Sequence record: PZ534515.1
Strand: one strand, 5' to 3'
Source: a phage
DNA: 64,000 bases
The first letter of the stretch is position 1, and each line of letters begins with the position of its first letter. Made by a program: the position numbers and the translations under genes. The notes below the pieces were generated by a model that saw nothing but the letters and a program-made list of their open reading frames with translations, was not told the DNA's origin and ran no database searches. Of the stretch, positions 54,094-63,647 are shown piece after piece.

Positions 54094-54636
54094 ATGAAAT
54101 GCTTTCACGGTACTACTCAAGAAAATTTTATCAACCTGATTAATAACGGTGATAAGCCATCAGGTGCATGGAATTGTTCGGATATGGATGGGAATTTTTA
54201 CGTTTATCCAGAAAATAAAATCTATGGCGACGATGAGGAAGAGATAATCTCTGAAGGTATCCAGCAAGCTCTGGGCAATGCCGCTATCACCGCAGCTTTC
54301 CAGATGAAAACCCAAAATATTGTTATCTTAGAACTTGATATTCCAGAAGATGAGTTAAACGATGATTATTCTTGTGATAATATGTCTGGCGTGGCAAGTT
54401 TTACAGAATATTTCGATTTAAACTGGATTAAAAAGGTTTACACCACTGAATTTAATGCTATGTTTTCACCATTTTGTCTGCCTTCACTGGATAACCCGAA
54501 TTTAAGCTATATTGACGAGTCTCTGGAACTTCTCGCTAAAAGCGTTCAACAGTCCGACAGTATTCAAGTTTTTTGTGACATCATGGACACACTGACGGGA
54601 AACATCATAGAAAGAGATTTAAAGAGCTTTTTCTGA
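54094..54636 (+). CDS. small early-type protein 10 (acidic)
   Basis: 180 aa ORF behind type A cassette. Confidence 0.5.
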   Translation: MKCFHGTTQENFINLINNGDKPSGAWNCSDMDGNFYVYPENKIYGDDEEEIISEGIQQALGNAAITAAFQMKTQNIVILELDIPEDELNDDYSCDNMSGVASFTEYFDLNWIKKVYTTEFNAMFSPFCLPSLDNPNLSYIDESLELLAKSVQQSDSIQVFCDIMDTLTGNIIERDLKSFF

Positions 54637-54702
54637 AAACCTATACAATCACCTTATAAACACTATTCAGCCCCTGTAAGGGGCTTTTAAGAGGCTTAAA
54701 TC

Positions 54703-54936
54703 ATGCTTACAACTGTTTATCTCATCCTTTCTATTTGTAACGGTCATTCATGTGATTTTAAAGGGCTTGAGGAGTTTACAGGAAGTAAAGAAAATGCCGT
54801 TCAGGTCTGTCAGATAGCAAGACAAGACTACCCCGCCAGTGATGACATTCAGTGTTATTTTAAGACAGAAGACAGCGACGGCGTTTATTTTGACAGCGTT
54901 GATGGTCAATATGAAATTATCATTGAAAAAGACTAG
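54703..54936 (+). CDS. small early-type protein 11
   Basis: 77 aa ORF; preceded by hairpin agcccctgtaaggggctttt rather than a cassette. Confidence 0.45.
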   Translation: MLTTVYLILSICNGHSCDFKGLEEFTGSKENAVQVCQIARQDYPASDDIQCYFKTEDSDGVYFDSVDGQYEIIIEKD

Positions 54937-55025
54937 ACAAGCCTGATAAAAGTCTGTAAATTGTCAATCAACGGGAGGGATGACCTCCCAACTAAACAAA
55001 GTCCTTAAACTAGGAGATTCAAAAA

Positions 55026-55366
55026 TGGCTTATGTAACCGTAATTACCAATAAAGAAGATTCATCTTGGTCAACTCAAGTAAGTGACAAGATGTCACCTA
55101 TGCAGTGCCTAAAATACTTTGAGCAATGGAACAAAGGTGAGGAAACAAGCCCCTTTCAAGTAATGCAGGTTATTCATACAGACAACGAAGGGAATAAAAC
55201 TGTTTTGAATAGTGAGTACTATGCAACCAGATTCGAAACGAGAAGTAAAGCAATGAGGCTCTTACGTGAATCCGGTTACTCTCATATTGCCGCGCTAATC
55301 TGGGATGACCTCCTAAAAAGTCAGCGTATCAGCTATGTAAAACCTGAAAAAATATTTATCAGCTAA
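55026..55366 (+). CDS. small early-type protein 12
   Basis: Start at the leader ATG 55026 (track start 54980 is an in-frame read-through of the leader). Confidence 0.5.
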
Positions 55367-55585
55367 TCAATAACTTACAAAAAACTTTTAAAAAAGTGTT
55401 GACAATGCCCCTTGACATTGGTAACTTTGTTCGAGGGGGTTTATCTAAAAGGATTCACTTAAAAGATTCTTTATAGATAAACTTAAAAAATTGCTTGCAA
55501 TCAGCTATCAAAACAAGTAAATTACTAATCAACGGGAGGGATAACCTCCCCACTAAGTAAAGTCCTTAAACTAGGAGATTCAAAA

Positions 55586-56116
55586 ATGAACAAATTTCAA
55601 GCTATCAACTACATTCGCTCAATCCATGTAATGTCAAAGCCTGTTAAAGACACCTATGAATTTCGTTGCAATGGTGTACACTTTGCAACCATCACTAAAT
55701 CAGAAAACGGGACTTATTACATTCATCGTCGTAATGTTGCAACCGTTGTAGTCTCTCACTTTATGCAAGCCGTTGCGGAACTCCTCCCGATGTTTTTAGG
55801 GCTTTACTTGGATGAGTGTAAGAATATCCGTAACCACGTTAAAAGCCTTTTAAACGGTTATAAAATGGCTTATGAACGTTCTATTCATAATTTGAACAAG
55901 TTCTATAAAGCCCCTGAAAACACCGTATCAATGGCATACGCTGTAAAGGGTGAGGCGGTGAGTCTCTTCGAAGTGGAAGAAATCGAGCTTTATGACCATC
56001 GCCCCAATGGTTACGCTAAAACTCTCGGTGAAGGTTTAACGTTTAACATCAAGAACTTAGAAAAAACTTTAAGAGATATTGAAAAAGATATTGACGAGAC
56101 AATCAAAAATCTGTAA
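55586..56116 (+). CDS. small early-type protein 13
   Basis: 176 aa ORF behind type B cassette. Confidence 0.5.
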   Translation: MNKFQAINYIRSIHVMSKPVKDTYEFRCNGVHFATITKSENGTYYIHRRNVATVVVSHFMQAVAELLPMFLGLYLDECKNIRNHVKSLLNGYKMAYERSIHNLNKFYKAPENTVSMAYAVKGEAVSLFEVEEIELYDHRPNGYAKTLGEGLTFNIKNLEKTLRDIEKDIDETIKNL

Positions 56117-56181
56117 ATTATCAATCAACGGGAGGGATAACCTCCCCACTAAGTAAAGTCCTTAAACTAGGAGTTATCAAG

Positions 56182-56445
56182 ATGGAAAACGTAGAATTAA
56201 CCACACTTTTACAAATTGCAACCGATAAAGAAAACGTAGCATTAATTCACCGCATCGAAAGTGATTTGTTCAATGGTGAAATCATCAAAGAGTCTTACGA
56301 AGTTGTCGGATTCAAAGATGGTAAAACGTTTGGATTCTTTGACCTCGACAAAGGCAACGCTGTTACAAATTACGATGTTTTATCTTGTGAGATTCTTACA
56401 AAATACAACGAAAAAAGGCTTGCAACATACACCAACATGCAGTAA
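56182..56445 (+). CDS. small early-type protein 14
   Basis: 87 aa ORF behind type B cassette. Confidence 0.5.
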   Translation: MENVELTTLLQIATDKENVALIHRIESDLFNGEIIKESYEVVGFKDGKTFGFFDLDKGNAVTNYDVLSCEILTKYNEKRLATYTNMQ

Positions 56446-56511
56446 ATTACTAATCAACGGGAGGTAATGACCTCCCCACTAAACAAAGTCCTTAAACTAG
56501 GAGATTCAAAA

Positions 56512-56760
56512 ATGGCAACTATCCGCGCAACTGTTAACGAATTTGGCTTCTACTCTCTGGATGTTAAATTTGACCTTGTAGGCACTGACAACGCCTTTGA
56601 AATGGTGAAAGGTCTTATCAGTCAGACCATCAAAGACTATAATCCTTCTGATGAGTTCTGGAAAGAAACAAAACAGGAAGTTCTTAAAGATGGTTACACT
56701 TTTCACTATTGGGGAGAAAAAATCGTCTCCCTGTACTACAACAAACAAGATTATAACTAA
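56512..56760 (+). CDS. small early-type protein 15
   Basis: Start at the leader ATG 56512 (track start 56467 is leader read-through). Confidence 0.5.
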   Translation: MATIRATVNEFGFYSLDVKFDLVGTDNAFEMVKGLISQTIKDYNPSDEFWKETKQEVLKDGYTFHYWGEKIVSLYYNKQDYN

Positions 56761-56798
56761 TCGACGCAGCGGGGCTAAATAGCCCCAGATACCTTTAC

Positions 56799-56824
56799 AG
56801 CCCCTTTCCAATAGGGGCTTTTTT
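56799..56824 (+). terminator. strong intrinsic terminator ending the small-gene array
   Basis: agcccct-ttccaat-aggggct followed by tttttt; preceded by a second hairpin ggggctaaatagcccc. Confidence 0.7.
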
Positions 56825-56825
56825 A

Positions 56826-58353
56826 CGTCTTATGAAATGCCTATACAATCCTTTCCCTTTCCTTTCCAGAATCTTACTAGACCTTAAAAAGCAATAACTC
56901 TATAGCTTACTCTATAGCCTTTTATCAAATCAACTTAAATATAAGCCCATAACCCGAAAGGGAAGGGCAACCATTTAAACGCTCTATAAAGCCCTATAAC
57001 AGCCTTATCAACCCAACTTAAGGGATTGCATTACCTCACCCTTAAAAGCCCTTTATAAAGCTTTCTAGAGCCTTAAAAGAATCTTATAAGGTTGTAAGCT
57101 TTATCATCTCGTTAGTATCTTATGAACTACTAGAAAGGGCTTGTTAGTGTTTTAAAAGTATGTTATAGGGGCTATAAAGTTGCTTAAAAGTAGCTTAAAA
57201 GTTACGTAAATGCTAGCCCCCTTAACATTTTCTTAACAATTTCTTAACAAACCCTACATAGTTATGCTTTTAAGGCACTTGTTAGCAACTTGTTAGCCCC
57301 TTGTTAAATCTCTGTTAAAACCATGTAAAAGCCTTGTAAGAGTCTTTGACATAGCCTTTAAAGCCCCTGTAAAGCCCTATAAAGAGCTTTCTACATAGTT
57401 GGGGTGTAATTACTAGGAAGAGACTTAAAAGAGCTTACAAGGAGCTATAGAGAGCTTTTAAGAGGGCTATTTAGAGAATCACTAAGAAAGAGAGGGAACG
57501 ATAAGAAAAGAGATAGTGACCATGTTAATAGCTTGTTAAAAAGATTAAACACTTGTTAGGAACTTGTTAATTATCTTAACAAAATAACTCTTTAAAATTA
57601 ACTTGTTAGCTCTTGTTAGTCATCTGTTAAGCATCTGTAAAGACTATTCAGCACTTGTTAGAAAACTGTTAAGCCCTTGTTAGTTCTGTTAAGAAACTGT
57701 TAAGACCTCTGAAGAGATGTTAAGAAGATGTAGCAACTGTTAAGAGATTGTTAATGATATTTTAAAATTCTGCAAAGGGGATGTTACAGGGATGTTAAGG
57801 GCTACCAAGCAGATATACATCTTCTACAGATATTTTTGAGTTCCTTCAAAGACCCTAAAAAATGACTTGATAGTCCTATTTTATAAAAATTTTAAAATTC
57901 TGAATAATTACCTAGACAGTCTTTTAAAAATACAGGCATAAACAGGCTTATAAGATACCTTGTTAGTACCGTGTTAGACCTTGTGAGATAAGGTCTGTAA
58001 AGATATTCCTGTTAAGTTTGTTAAAACAGTCTATATAGAGGCTTAGTAATACCTAGTGAACACCTATAGAGGGTAACATAGCTGACATAGAGATTAAGAG
58101 GTGTATAGGGGCTTCTAAGAGTGTGTAGATGTATGGTTAAGGTGATTGTATAGGTTGTTAAGAAGGCTTGTTAGAAGAGTGTTTAGAAGGGCTATACAGA
58201 GGGGCTATTAAGACCACTAGATAGTTACTAAGATACTATATAGTACTATATAACTATATATAGAGAGTAAGCTTAAGGAGGTTGTTAAGAAGGATAGATA
58301 TTTTATTCACATATGATGGTGACCCAGAGGTTGGGACAACCGATAAAATTTTA
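56826..58353. repeat. ORF-free repeat-dense region (phased cttgttag/ctgttaag units, ctataaag units)
   Basis: No ORF of 60 aa or more on either strand over about 1.5 kb; 57600..57760 carries about 12 ttgttag/tgttaag units at roughly 10-11 bp spacing. Confidence 0.6.
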
Positions 58354-58361
58354 TAAAAATT

Positions 58362-58388
58362 AAAAAGCCCCCAATTAAGGAGGCTCTT
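58362..58388 (-). terminator. intrinsic terminator for the minus-strand operon
   Basis: Reverse complement reads agcctcc-ttaatt-gggggct then ttttt, identical to the terminator at 21792. Confidence 0.55.
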
Positions 58389-58396
58389 AAGATATT

Positions 58397-58945
58397 TTAA
58401 ATCAATGTTTCCAGAACTGTCTTCAGTGATGACTTGGTTGTCTGATAAAAATGAGTAAATCCGTTGTTGTTATCAAATATCTGCATCATGATATCATCTC
58501 CCTTGATTGGGTACACTCGGATATCATAATGGAACCCATTAAAGACAGCAGAACCATTACAGAATGCACTAAAGTCATCCACTGAGATGTACTCTTCATG
58601 ACCTGTGATTTTTATACAGATACCTTTACTCGGTCTCTTAGGGTTGATATCTTCCATCACAGACATACTCTGTCCACCAAGAGATACCATAGTGACCACT
58701 TTACGGTTCTTCTGTCTAAAGTACATTTTAACTTTCTGTAAAGTGTCTTCATAGAACGGATAAGACTTCTCTACAAAGATTCCTTCTAATGGCTCTTTAC
58801 CGTTTACAATACCTCTGGTATGACGTACTGAGAAGATAAGTTGCTCTAGTATGTCAAGGCTTTCTTCGGAGAGTGCTTCCCGAATATCATTCCAGTCAAG
58901 GACTAGGTAGTTGCCTTCAACTTCTTTTAAGTTATCTTTTTTCAT
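58397..58945 (-). CDS. hypothetical protein
   Basis: Start placed at ATG 58945 (MKKDNLKEV...) to avoid overlap; track start is TTG at 58990. Confidence 0.45.
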   Translation of the reverse strand: MKKDNLKEVEGNYLVLDWNDIREALSEESLDILEQLIFSVRHTRGIVNGKEPLEGIFVEKSYPFYEDTLQKVKMYFRQKNRKVVTMVSLGGQSMSVMEDINPKRPSKGICIKITGHEEYISVDDFSAFCNGSAVFNGFHYDIRVYPIKGDDIMMQIFDNNNGFTHFYQTTKSSLKTVLETLI

Positions 58946-58958
58946 ATCTATCACACCA

Positions 58959-59423
58959 TTATCGTAAAACTTGGTAATCTGGAACAGCAAACTTGTTGTC
59001 TTTGTTTTTAATGAGGTCTTCTTTTGTTACAAAGAATGTAAGACCACATAAGTGTGTATAGTGGCTACCATACTCAAATACTTTAAGTAAGTATTCGCCA
59101 TCATCATAAACATGCTCTACTACACCTTTTGCAACAATCTTTCCTGTCTTGAAGTCTTTAAGAGGGTATACGTTACCAACTTTAGGAACTGTTTTCATCT
59201 CAGGTTCTTTTAGTTTCTCACCAACTTCTACATCACCTAGTAAGTGAGAACTCTCAAAAGCTACATATTGCATATAAGCTTCTGAGCATTCCCAGATAAA
59301 GCAATGTACAAGAGCCTTAGCAGCATGTCTTGAACAATTCAACTTATCACAAATCTCTTTGTACATTTCATCTTTAGTTGAGTTGTCAAGCATTGCTTTT
59401 TGAACAACTTCTTTAATTTTCAT
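58959..59423 (-). CDS. hypothetical protein
   Basis: 154 aa ORF. Confidence 0.5.
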   Translation of the reverse strand: MKIKEVVQKAMLDNSTKDEMYKEICDKLNCSRHAAKALVHCFIWECSEAYMQYVAFESSHLLGDVEVGEKLKEPEMKTVPKVGNVYPLKDFKTGKIVAKGVVEHVYDDGEYLLKVFEYGSHYTHLCGLTFFVTKEDLIKNKDNKFAVPDYQVLR

Positions 59424-59476
59424 TTCGCTACCTTCTAAGTTTCTACAAAGGGGCTATCAAGTAACCCCTCAAGTTA

Positions 59477-59701
59477 TTACTCAGACTTTTCAGTCTTCTT
59501 ATCAGATTTCTTACTAGTCTTCTTCTCAGCTTTCTGTTCAGGTTCCTTCTCAGAAGTTGCCTTGATAACCATATCAAGAAGCTCTGATAGGTCACTCTTC
59601 AGCAAAGTAACAGGCTGCTCATTGTAGAAGTTTTTGTCAAGATAAACTTTGAACTCTTCAATAGAAGGAAATCCAAAAATTGGTACAGGTGTCTTAATCA
59701 T
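59477..59701 (-). CDS. hypothetical protein with Lys-rich C-terminus
   Basis: 74 aa ORF. Confidence 0.4.
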   Translation of the reverse strand: MIKTPVPIFGFPSIEEFKVYLDKNFYNEQPVTLLKSDLSELLDMVIKATSEKEPEQKAEKKTSKKSDKKTEKSE

Positions 59702-59777
59702 TACTTAGTTTCTCCATAGGCATCTTTTAAGATTGCCTTGTTAATCATTTCAGCGATTGCAAAACGAACACATACAG

Positions 59778-60281
59778 CTATAATTGTAGGTTGCATTCTT
59801 TACTTACCTCTTCAAGTTTAACCTCAGAGTCCTTAAGTCGTTTCTTATGAACTCTGAATCTCATTAGTGAGATGATGATACCAACTAAAGGAACAGCATA
59901 CAAGTACCAAACATCATATACCTTTGCAGTAATCTGTGTAATGGTTAAGTCTTGAGCTATGGAACTGATTGCTGATACTGCCAGTAATGTTGCTAAGAAA
60001 AATGCCAGTACCATGACAATACTTAAACAACCTCTGGCATGGTGTTCATGCTTAATGCACTTATTCTTTTCGTCAACAACCCTGTTGTAGTCATTTGTAA
60101 AGTCTCTGTAGAAAGCTTTCAAATATTCTTTATTGTAGCCTTCAAAGCAACCTGTACCATACCAATAATCACCACCAAAATGTGCTATGATACCGGTATC
60201 TCCATTTGGTTTGGTTACTCTCAAAGAAGTATGATGACGAGTATCCTGATAATCTATCTTGTATCTTTCTTCGTAAATCAT
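59778..60281 (-). CDS. membrane protein
   Basis: Two hydrophobic segments; start at the ATG in ATGA overlap with upstream stop, gagagg RBS. Confidence 0.45.
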   Translation of the reverse strand: MIYEERYKIDYQDTRHHTSLRVTKPNGDTGIIAHFGGDYWYGTGCFEGYNKEYLKAFYRDFTNDYNRVVDEKNKCIKHEHHARGCLSIVMVLAFFLATLLAVSAISSIAQDLTITQITAKVYDVWYLYAVPLVGIIISLMRFRVHKKRLKDSEVKLEEVSKECNLQL

Positions 60282-60496
60282 TTTCCAACCTCTCTCAATC
60301 GTTTGTTCCACTCAAGGTCAACAAGTCTTTGCAGGACTTTCCCTCTAGGTGTTACACCTTTTAAATCTGCATCGTAGCAACGGTAAAAGTCACCTTCAGC
60401 ATGTTTACCATAACATTTTCTGATATTCTGACTTCTACGATATTGCTCTAACAGGGACAGTTTGTAGTAATCTTCAACTGTAGTTAGTTTTTTCAT
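60278..60496 (-). CDS. hypothetical protein
   Basis: 72 aa ORF. Confidence 0.4.
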   Translation of the reverse strand: MKKLTTVEDYYKLSLLEQYRRSQNIRKCYGKHAEGDFYRCYDADLKGVTPRGKVLQRLVDLEWNKRLREVGK

Positions 60497-61038
60497 TCTT
60501 TCACCATAGCATTTCTGAACTGACGTTGAGTTTCTCTTGTAATTTCGTCTGGAGTAAACCCTGCTTTCAGCATATCTCTGAAAAGAACTTCTAAGTGATT
60601 CTTTTCAATAATGTAAATTGCATTCTGCACAGATGCCTTAAGTTCCTTCAGGTCACTGCTAATTTCTTCGCACTTGTTGACAATCTCTGTATCAACTTTC
60701 TTAAAGACTGGCATGGTATATCTACGACCACCATTGGCAGCATCCATGAAAAATTTAAAAGATTCCTCAGAGTCCTTTAAAGCAATCCCTATAAAGTTCT
60801 TGTAAGCACCTGTGAAAGCTAAAGACTCAATCTCAGCAGTTGAGTATACAGTTCCTGCACACAGTCTTGCGGAGGTACTAAATGTGTGGTTTGGTGTTAT
60901 GTCAAAGTCTAAGTTCTTCAGTGGTCGAAAATAAACTGTGCCAGTATGCGAGATATGTGTTACAACAGCCTCCACACTCTTTGAAGGGTTCTGTTTAACA
61001 TACAAAATAATTTTATCGTGTTCTTTCACTTTAGGCAT
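60493..61038 (-). CDS. hypothetical protein
   Basis: 181 aa ORF. Confidence 0.5.
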   Translation of the reverse strand: MPKVKEHDKIILYVKQNPSKSVEAVVTHISHTGTVYFRPLKNLDFDITPNHTFSTSARLCAGTVYSTAEIESLAFTGAYKNFIGIALKDSEESFKFFMDAANGGRRYTMPVFKKVDTEIVNKCEEISSDLKELKASVQNAIYIIEKNHLEVLFRDMLKAGFTPDEITRETQRQFRNAMVKE

Positions 61039-61110
61039 ATCTATTCTCCAGAAACTAAAAAGGGAACTACCTCTCGATAGCTCCCATCATAGTTAATATT
61101 GTATACTTGG

Positions 61111-61692
61111 TCAAGAGTATTTTTTAGGCAGTAATGCGCTGCGCTTGTTGCTCTCTTCACTCAATAGTGCGATAAATTCATCACCTTTCCCTTTCCACGG
61201 GCTGAATGAAGGGATATGCTCACGAATGGCTTCAATCACTGTCTTCAGTGCTGTATTTTTCATCCACCAGTCAGAATCTGCTGATGCTACAACATAGTAC
61301 CCGCCATCATCGGTCAGAATTGGCTCTGAGATACACGGTGAAATCAGAGTGGTGATAATTGAACCGTTGTTCATATAGTATGTGCGCTTCATAACCTTTT
61401 CAAGAAGCTTGTGAAGGTCACCAAACAGTGTTACAAGTTCTTTATGGTCAATGTCTTTTTCGAGATTAGCTCGATACTTCAAAAGTGCAGCATCAACTTC
61501 TCTGTCATTAAACTTGAAGTACTGGACTTCATCAACAAGGCAGACACTAATGTTATTAACATTCATAGTCAACTTGCAAACTTTTGCAGGGGAATTGATA
61601 CTTGGTTGAAAAAGTGCAACACACCCTTCAATGTTTCCAAAATGTTGGACTAATGTTACTTGTGGGATAATATCCTGTTGCTCTTCGGACAT
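61111..61692 (-). CDS. hypothetical protein
   Basis: 193 aa ORF. Confidence 0.5.
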   Translation of the reverse strand: MSEEQQDIIPQVTLVQHFGNIEGCVALFQPSINSPAKVCKLTMNVNNISVCLVDEVQYFKFNDREVDAALLKYRANLEKDIDHKELVTLFGDLHKLLEKVMKRTYYMNNGSIITTLISPCISEPILTDDGGYYVVASADSDWWMKNTALKTVIEAIREHIPSFSPWKGKGDEFIALLSEESNKRSALLPKKYS

Positions 61693-62036
61693 TACAGTTT
61701 CCTCATTAAATACTTTTTAAGTTGTGTGTTAGGTTTCTCAAAAACTTCTATAGAAGATATCTTGACAGATTCACCACGCATACCTGTATGCTTGAATATG
61801 TAGTACTCTAACATCCCTATATACTTTGCTGGTAAGTCATGTTTGACATACACCGTTACAGAATCTTCAAATTCAACAACCTTTGTACCATCTTTGTAGT
61901 TGAACTCTTTAGGATGGTTATAGTTGTCAATGTCATACATTAAAAAGAGTCTTTTCCGTTGCATGTCAAGCTTATTGGTTAAAGACTCTTTGATATCTGA
62001 GAAGTTTTTATAGACCGTTACGTGGAGCTTACTCAT
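61692..62036 (-). CDS. hypothetical protein
   Basis: 114 aa ORF. Confidence 0.5.
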   Translation of the reverse strand: MSKLHVTVYKNFSDIKESLTNKLDMQRKRLFLMYDIDNYNHPKEFNYKDGTKVVEFEDSVTVYVKHDLPAKYIGMLEYYIFKHTGMRGESVKISSIEVFEKPNTQLKKYLMRKL

Positions 62037-62322
62037 CGTTAAACTCTCTGACGAAGAAATAGTTGACTTTATTGTTACCTACCATAAGGTCAAAGCAGGT
62101 GTTCTCAAAAGGTTTGTTGTAGGCATCATATGAAGTGTACGTATCAGCTACTTGTTTAGTATTGAGCTTTTTACTTGATGGGTTTAAGAGGCCACCATAC
62201 AGTTTCTTGATAGCCTCTTCTACAACAGACCAGATAATTTCGTCAGTAATTTCTTCGTACAGGTCAAGTTCACGCTCTAGTGAGAAGTCACAAATAGGGA
62301 AAATAACCTGTACTTTACTCAT
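62029..62322 (-). CDS. hypothetical protein
   Basis: 97 aa ORF. Confidence 0.45.
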   Translation of the reverse strand: MSKVQVIFPICDFSLERELDLYEEITDEIIWSVVEEAIKKLYGGLLNPSSKKLNTKQVADTYTSYDAYNKPFENTCFDLMVGNNKVNYFFVREFNDE

Positions 62323-62741
62323 TAACGAATAACCTGTGTGACTTGAATTGCTTCAGTTACTGATAAGTCCCCAACAGTCTCTTCTTTGATGAAGGTGAAG
62401 GTTAGCTCAATAGGTTCTTGCTCTTCTTCTTCTTCTTCTTCTTCTTCTTGCTCAACTGGAACACCGTTAAGCTCATCAAAGATTGATTGAGTCGTCCAGT
62501 CTTCACCACCATCTGGGTAGTGGATTGCGTAAAGAGGGAACTCCCTGTCAAACCAACCAAATACAGGGCAGCCATCTTCATCATCTCGCACTCGATGAAG
62601 GGTGCTTCCAGACCCTGTAAAACAAAGGAATAAATCTCCGTTGCACTTGAATATTACTGCGTCGGCAAAACCAATGTCCTCTCGACCATCATGGCCAAAC
62701 GTGTCCACCTTTACTTGAATACTTCTAACATCTTTATTCAT
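62322..62741 (-). CDS. hypothetical protein with poly-Glu tract
   Basis: EQEEEEEEEEEQE encoded by a (CTT)9 repeat at 62421..62450. Confidence 0.5.
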   Translation of the reverse strand: MNKDVRSIQVKVDTFGHDGREDIGFADAVIFKCNGDLFLCFTGSGSTLHRVRDDEDGCPVFGWFDREFPLYAIHYPDGGEDWTTQSIFDELNGVPVEQEEEEEEEEEQEPIELTFTFIKEETVGDLSVTEAIQVTQVIR

Positions 62742-63132
62742 AAAAACCTCTCTCTGCTTGTTCGATTTTTGCTCTTAAAGTTTCGCAATGCTGCAAATGG
62801 TAGTTAGCTTCTTGTTCATGTGTTGCTAACTGCCTTTCCAGAACAGTTTTATAGTAACCTGCAAGTTGCTCTTTTGTCAATGGGTGCTCTGAAATAATAT
62901 CAAGTCCACTTTCACCAAGAGGATTGAATTGTCCATGTTCATTGACATTGTAAGTCTCAAACTTGAACAGGCCATTGTTCACAGACTCAATAGGTGACAG
63001 TTCAACAAGCTCTACAGTAAACCGTGTATACACCTTGTCGCCTCTTGAAACCACATTGTTTCCGACAATGCGTACAAGCGAACCATTACGTGTGTACTTA
63101 AAAGTTCCAAAGTCACTAGCCCAAAGCTTCAT
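62734..63132 (-). CDS. hypothetical protein
   Basis: 132 aa ORF. Confidence 0.5.
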   Translation of the reverse strand: MKLWASDFGTFKYTRNGSLVRIVGNNVVSRGDKVYTRFTVELVELSPIESVNNGLFKFETYNVNEHGQFNPLGESGLDIISEHPLTKEQLAGYYKTVLERQLATHEQEANYHLQHCETLRAKIEQAERGFYE

Positions 63133-63146
63133 AGTTTTCTCCTTAG

Positions 63147-63172
63147 AAAATAAAAAGGCTCCCGAAGGAGCC
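63147..63172 (-). terminator. intrinsic terminator after lysozyme gene
   Basis: ggctcc-cgaa-ggagcc; on the minus strand followed by tttttatttt. Confidence 0.55.
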
Positions 63173-63182
63173 TATGAAGATA

Positions 63183-63647
63183 TTACTTTGGATATACACT
63201 GTCAAGGTAAATGTCAGCTTCCATTCTACGTCTGTTTTTCAGACCGTTTGAAGTGACCTTCTGACCTTTGACTGTAACCTTGTTCCACCACTGCATAGCT
63301 TCTGCACAACCTACCTTGTTACCAGCATTGTGGCGCTTGATAAATGTAGAATCCTGCATAGCTGTGATACCGATGTTGTATGTTTCACTTACAAGTGCAT
63401 CGAACTCATTCTGAGAAGTTGGAACCTTGATAGCTTTATTCACTGCTGCAACAAACTTCTCAACATCCGCGAGAAGATACTGTTCAGCTTGTTCAGCAGT
63501 GATTTTCATACCCATCTTAACAGGTTTTCCGTCAATACGGATTGTACCATACCCAATTGTTGGGATTCCGGCAGAGTCTTCGTAAGCCTCTAACTTCAGA
63601 CCTTCAAAGAACTTAATGGCTTCTAAACCTTTTCTTGAGAGTTGCAT
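63183..63647 (-). CDS. T4-type lysozyme (endolysin, GH24-like)
   Basis: GLKLEAYEDSAGIPTIGYGT resembles the T4 lysozyme catalytic region (E...D...T). Confidence 0.75.
   Translation of the reverse strand: MQLSRKGLEAIKFFEGLKLEAYEDSAGIPTIGYGTIRIDGKPVKMGMKITAEQAEQYLLADVEKFVAAVNKAIKVPTSQNEFDALVSETYNIGITAMQDSTFIKRHNAGNKVGCAEAMQWWNKVTVKGQKVTSNGLKNRRRMEADIYLDSVYPK

Larger units (their letters stand above)
50682..56511 (+). repeat. dispersed array of 12 promoter/hairpin/leader cassettes (6 type A, 6 type B)
   Basis: Type A (about 86 bp): agtactTTTACAaggggcttaaaag...ttaagccccagataaagagctttacc...cttaaactaggagattcaaaaATG at 50682, 51151, 51531, 52134, 53206, 54002. Type B: taaatt-N-caacgggagggatgacctccccactaagtaaagtccttaaactaggagattcaaaaATG at 52861, 53728, 54957, 55518, 56117, 56446. 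Confidence 0.7.

Noticed and set aside
54980-55025. Track ORF starts at 54980 and 56467 (MTSQLNKVLKLGDSKM... and MTSPLNKVLKLGDSKM...) that look like a conserved N-terminal peptide
   Set aside because: These residues are an in-frame translation of the conserved leader and RBS; the real starts are the ATGs that follow aggagattcaaaa (55026 and 56512).
50682-56511. Regularly repeated about 85-bp units separated by unique sequence, superficially like a CRISPR repeat-spacer array
   Set aside because: Repeats are far longer than CRISPR repeats, the intervening segments are 200-550 bp protein-coding ORFs, and each repeat ends in an RBS and ATG; this is a promoter/leader cassette array.
56826-58353. 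Possible tRNA cluster in the long non-coding region
   Set aside because: I found no T-loop-like GTTCRANYC motif, no acceptor-stem symmetry and no CCA-adjacent structure; the region is short phased repeats instead. Not verified computationally.
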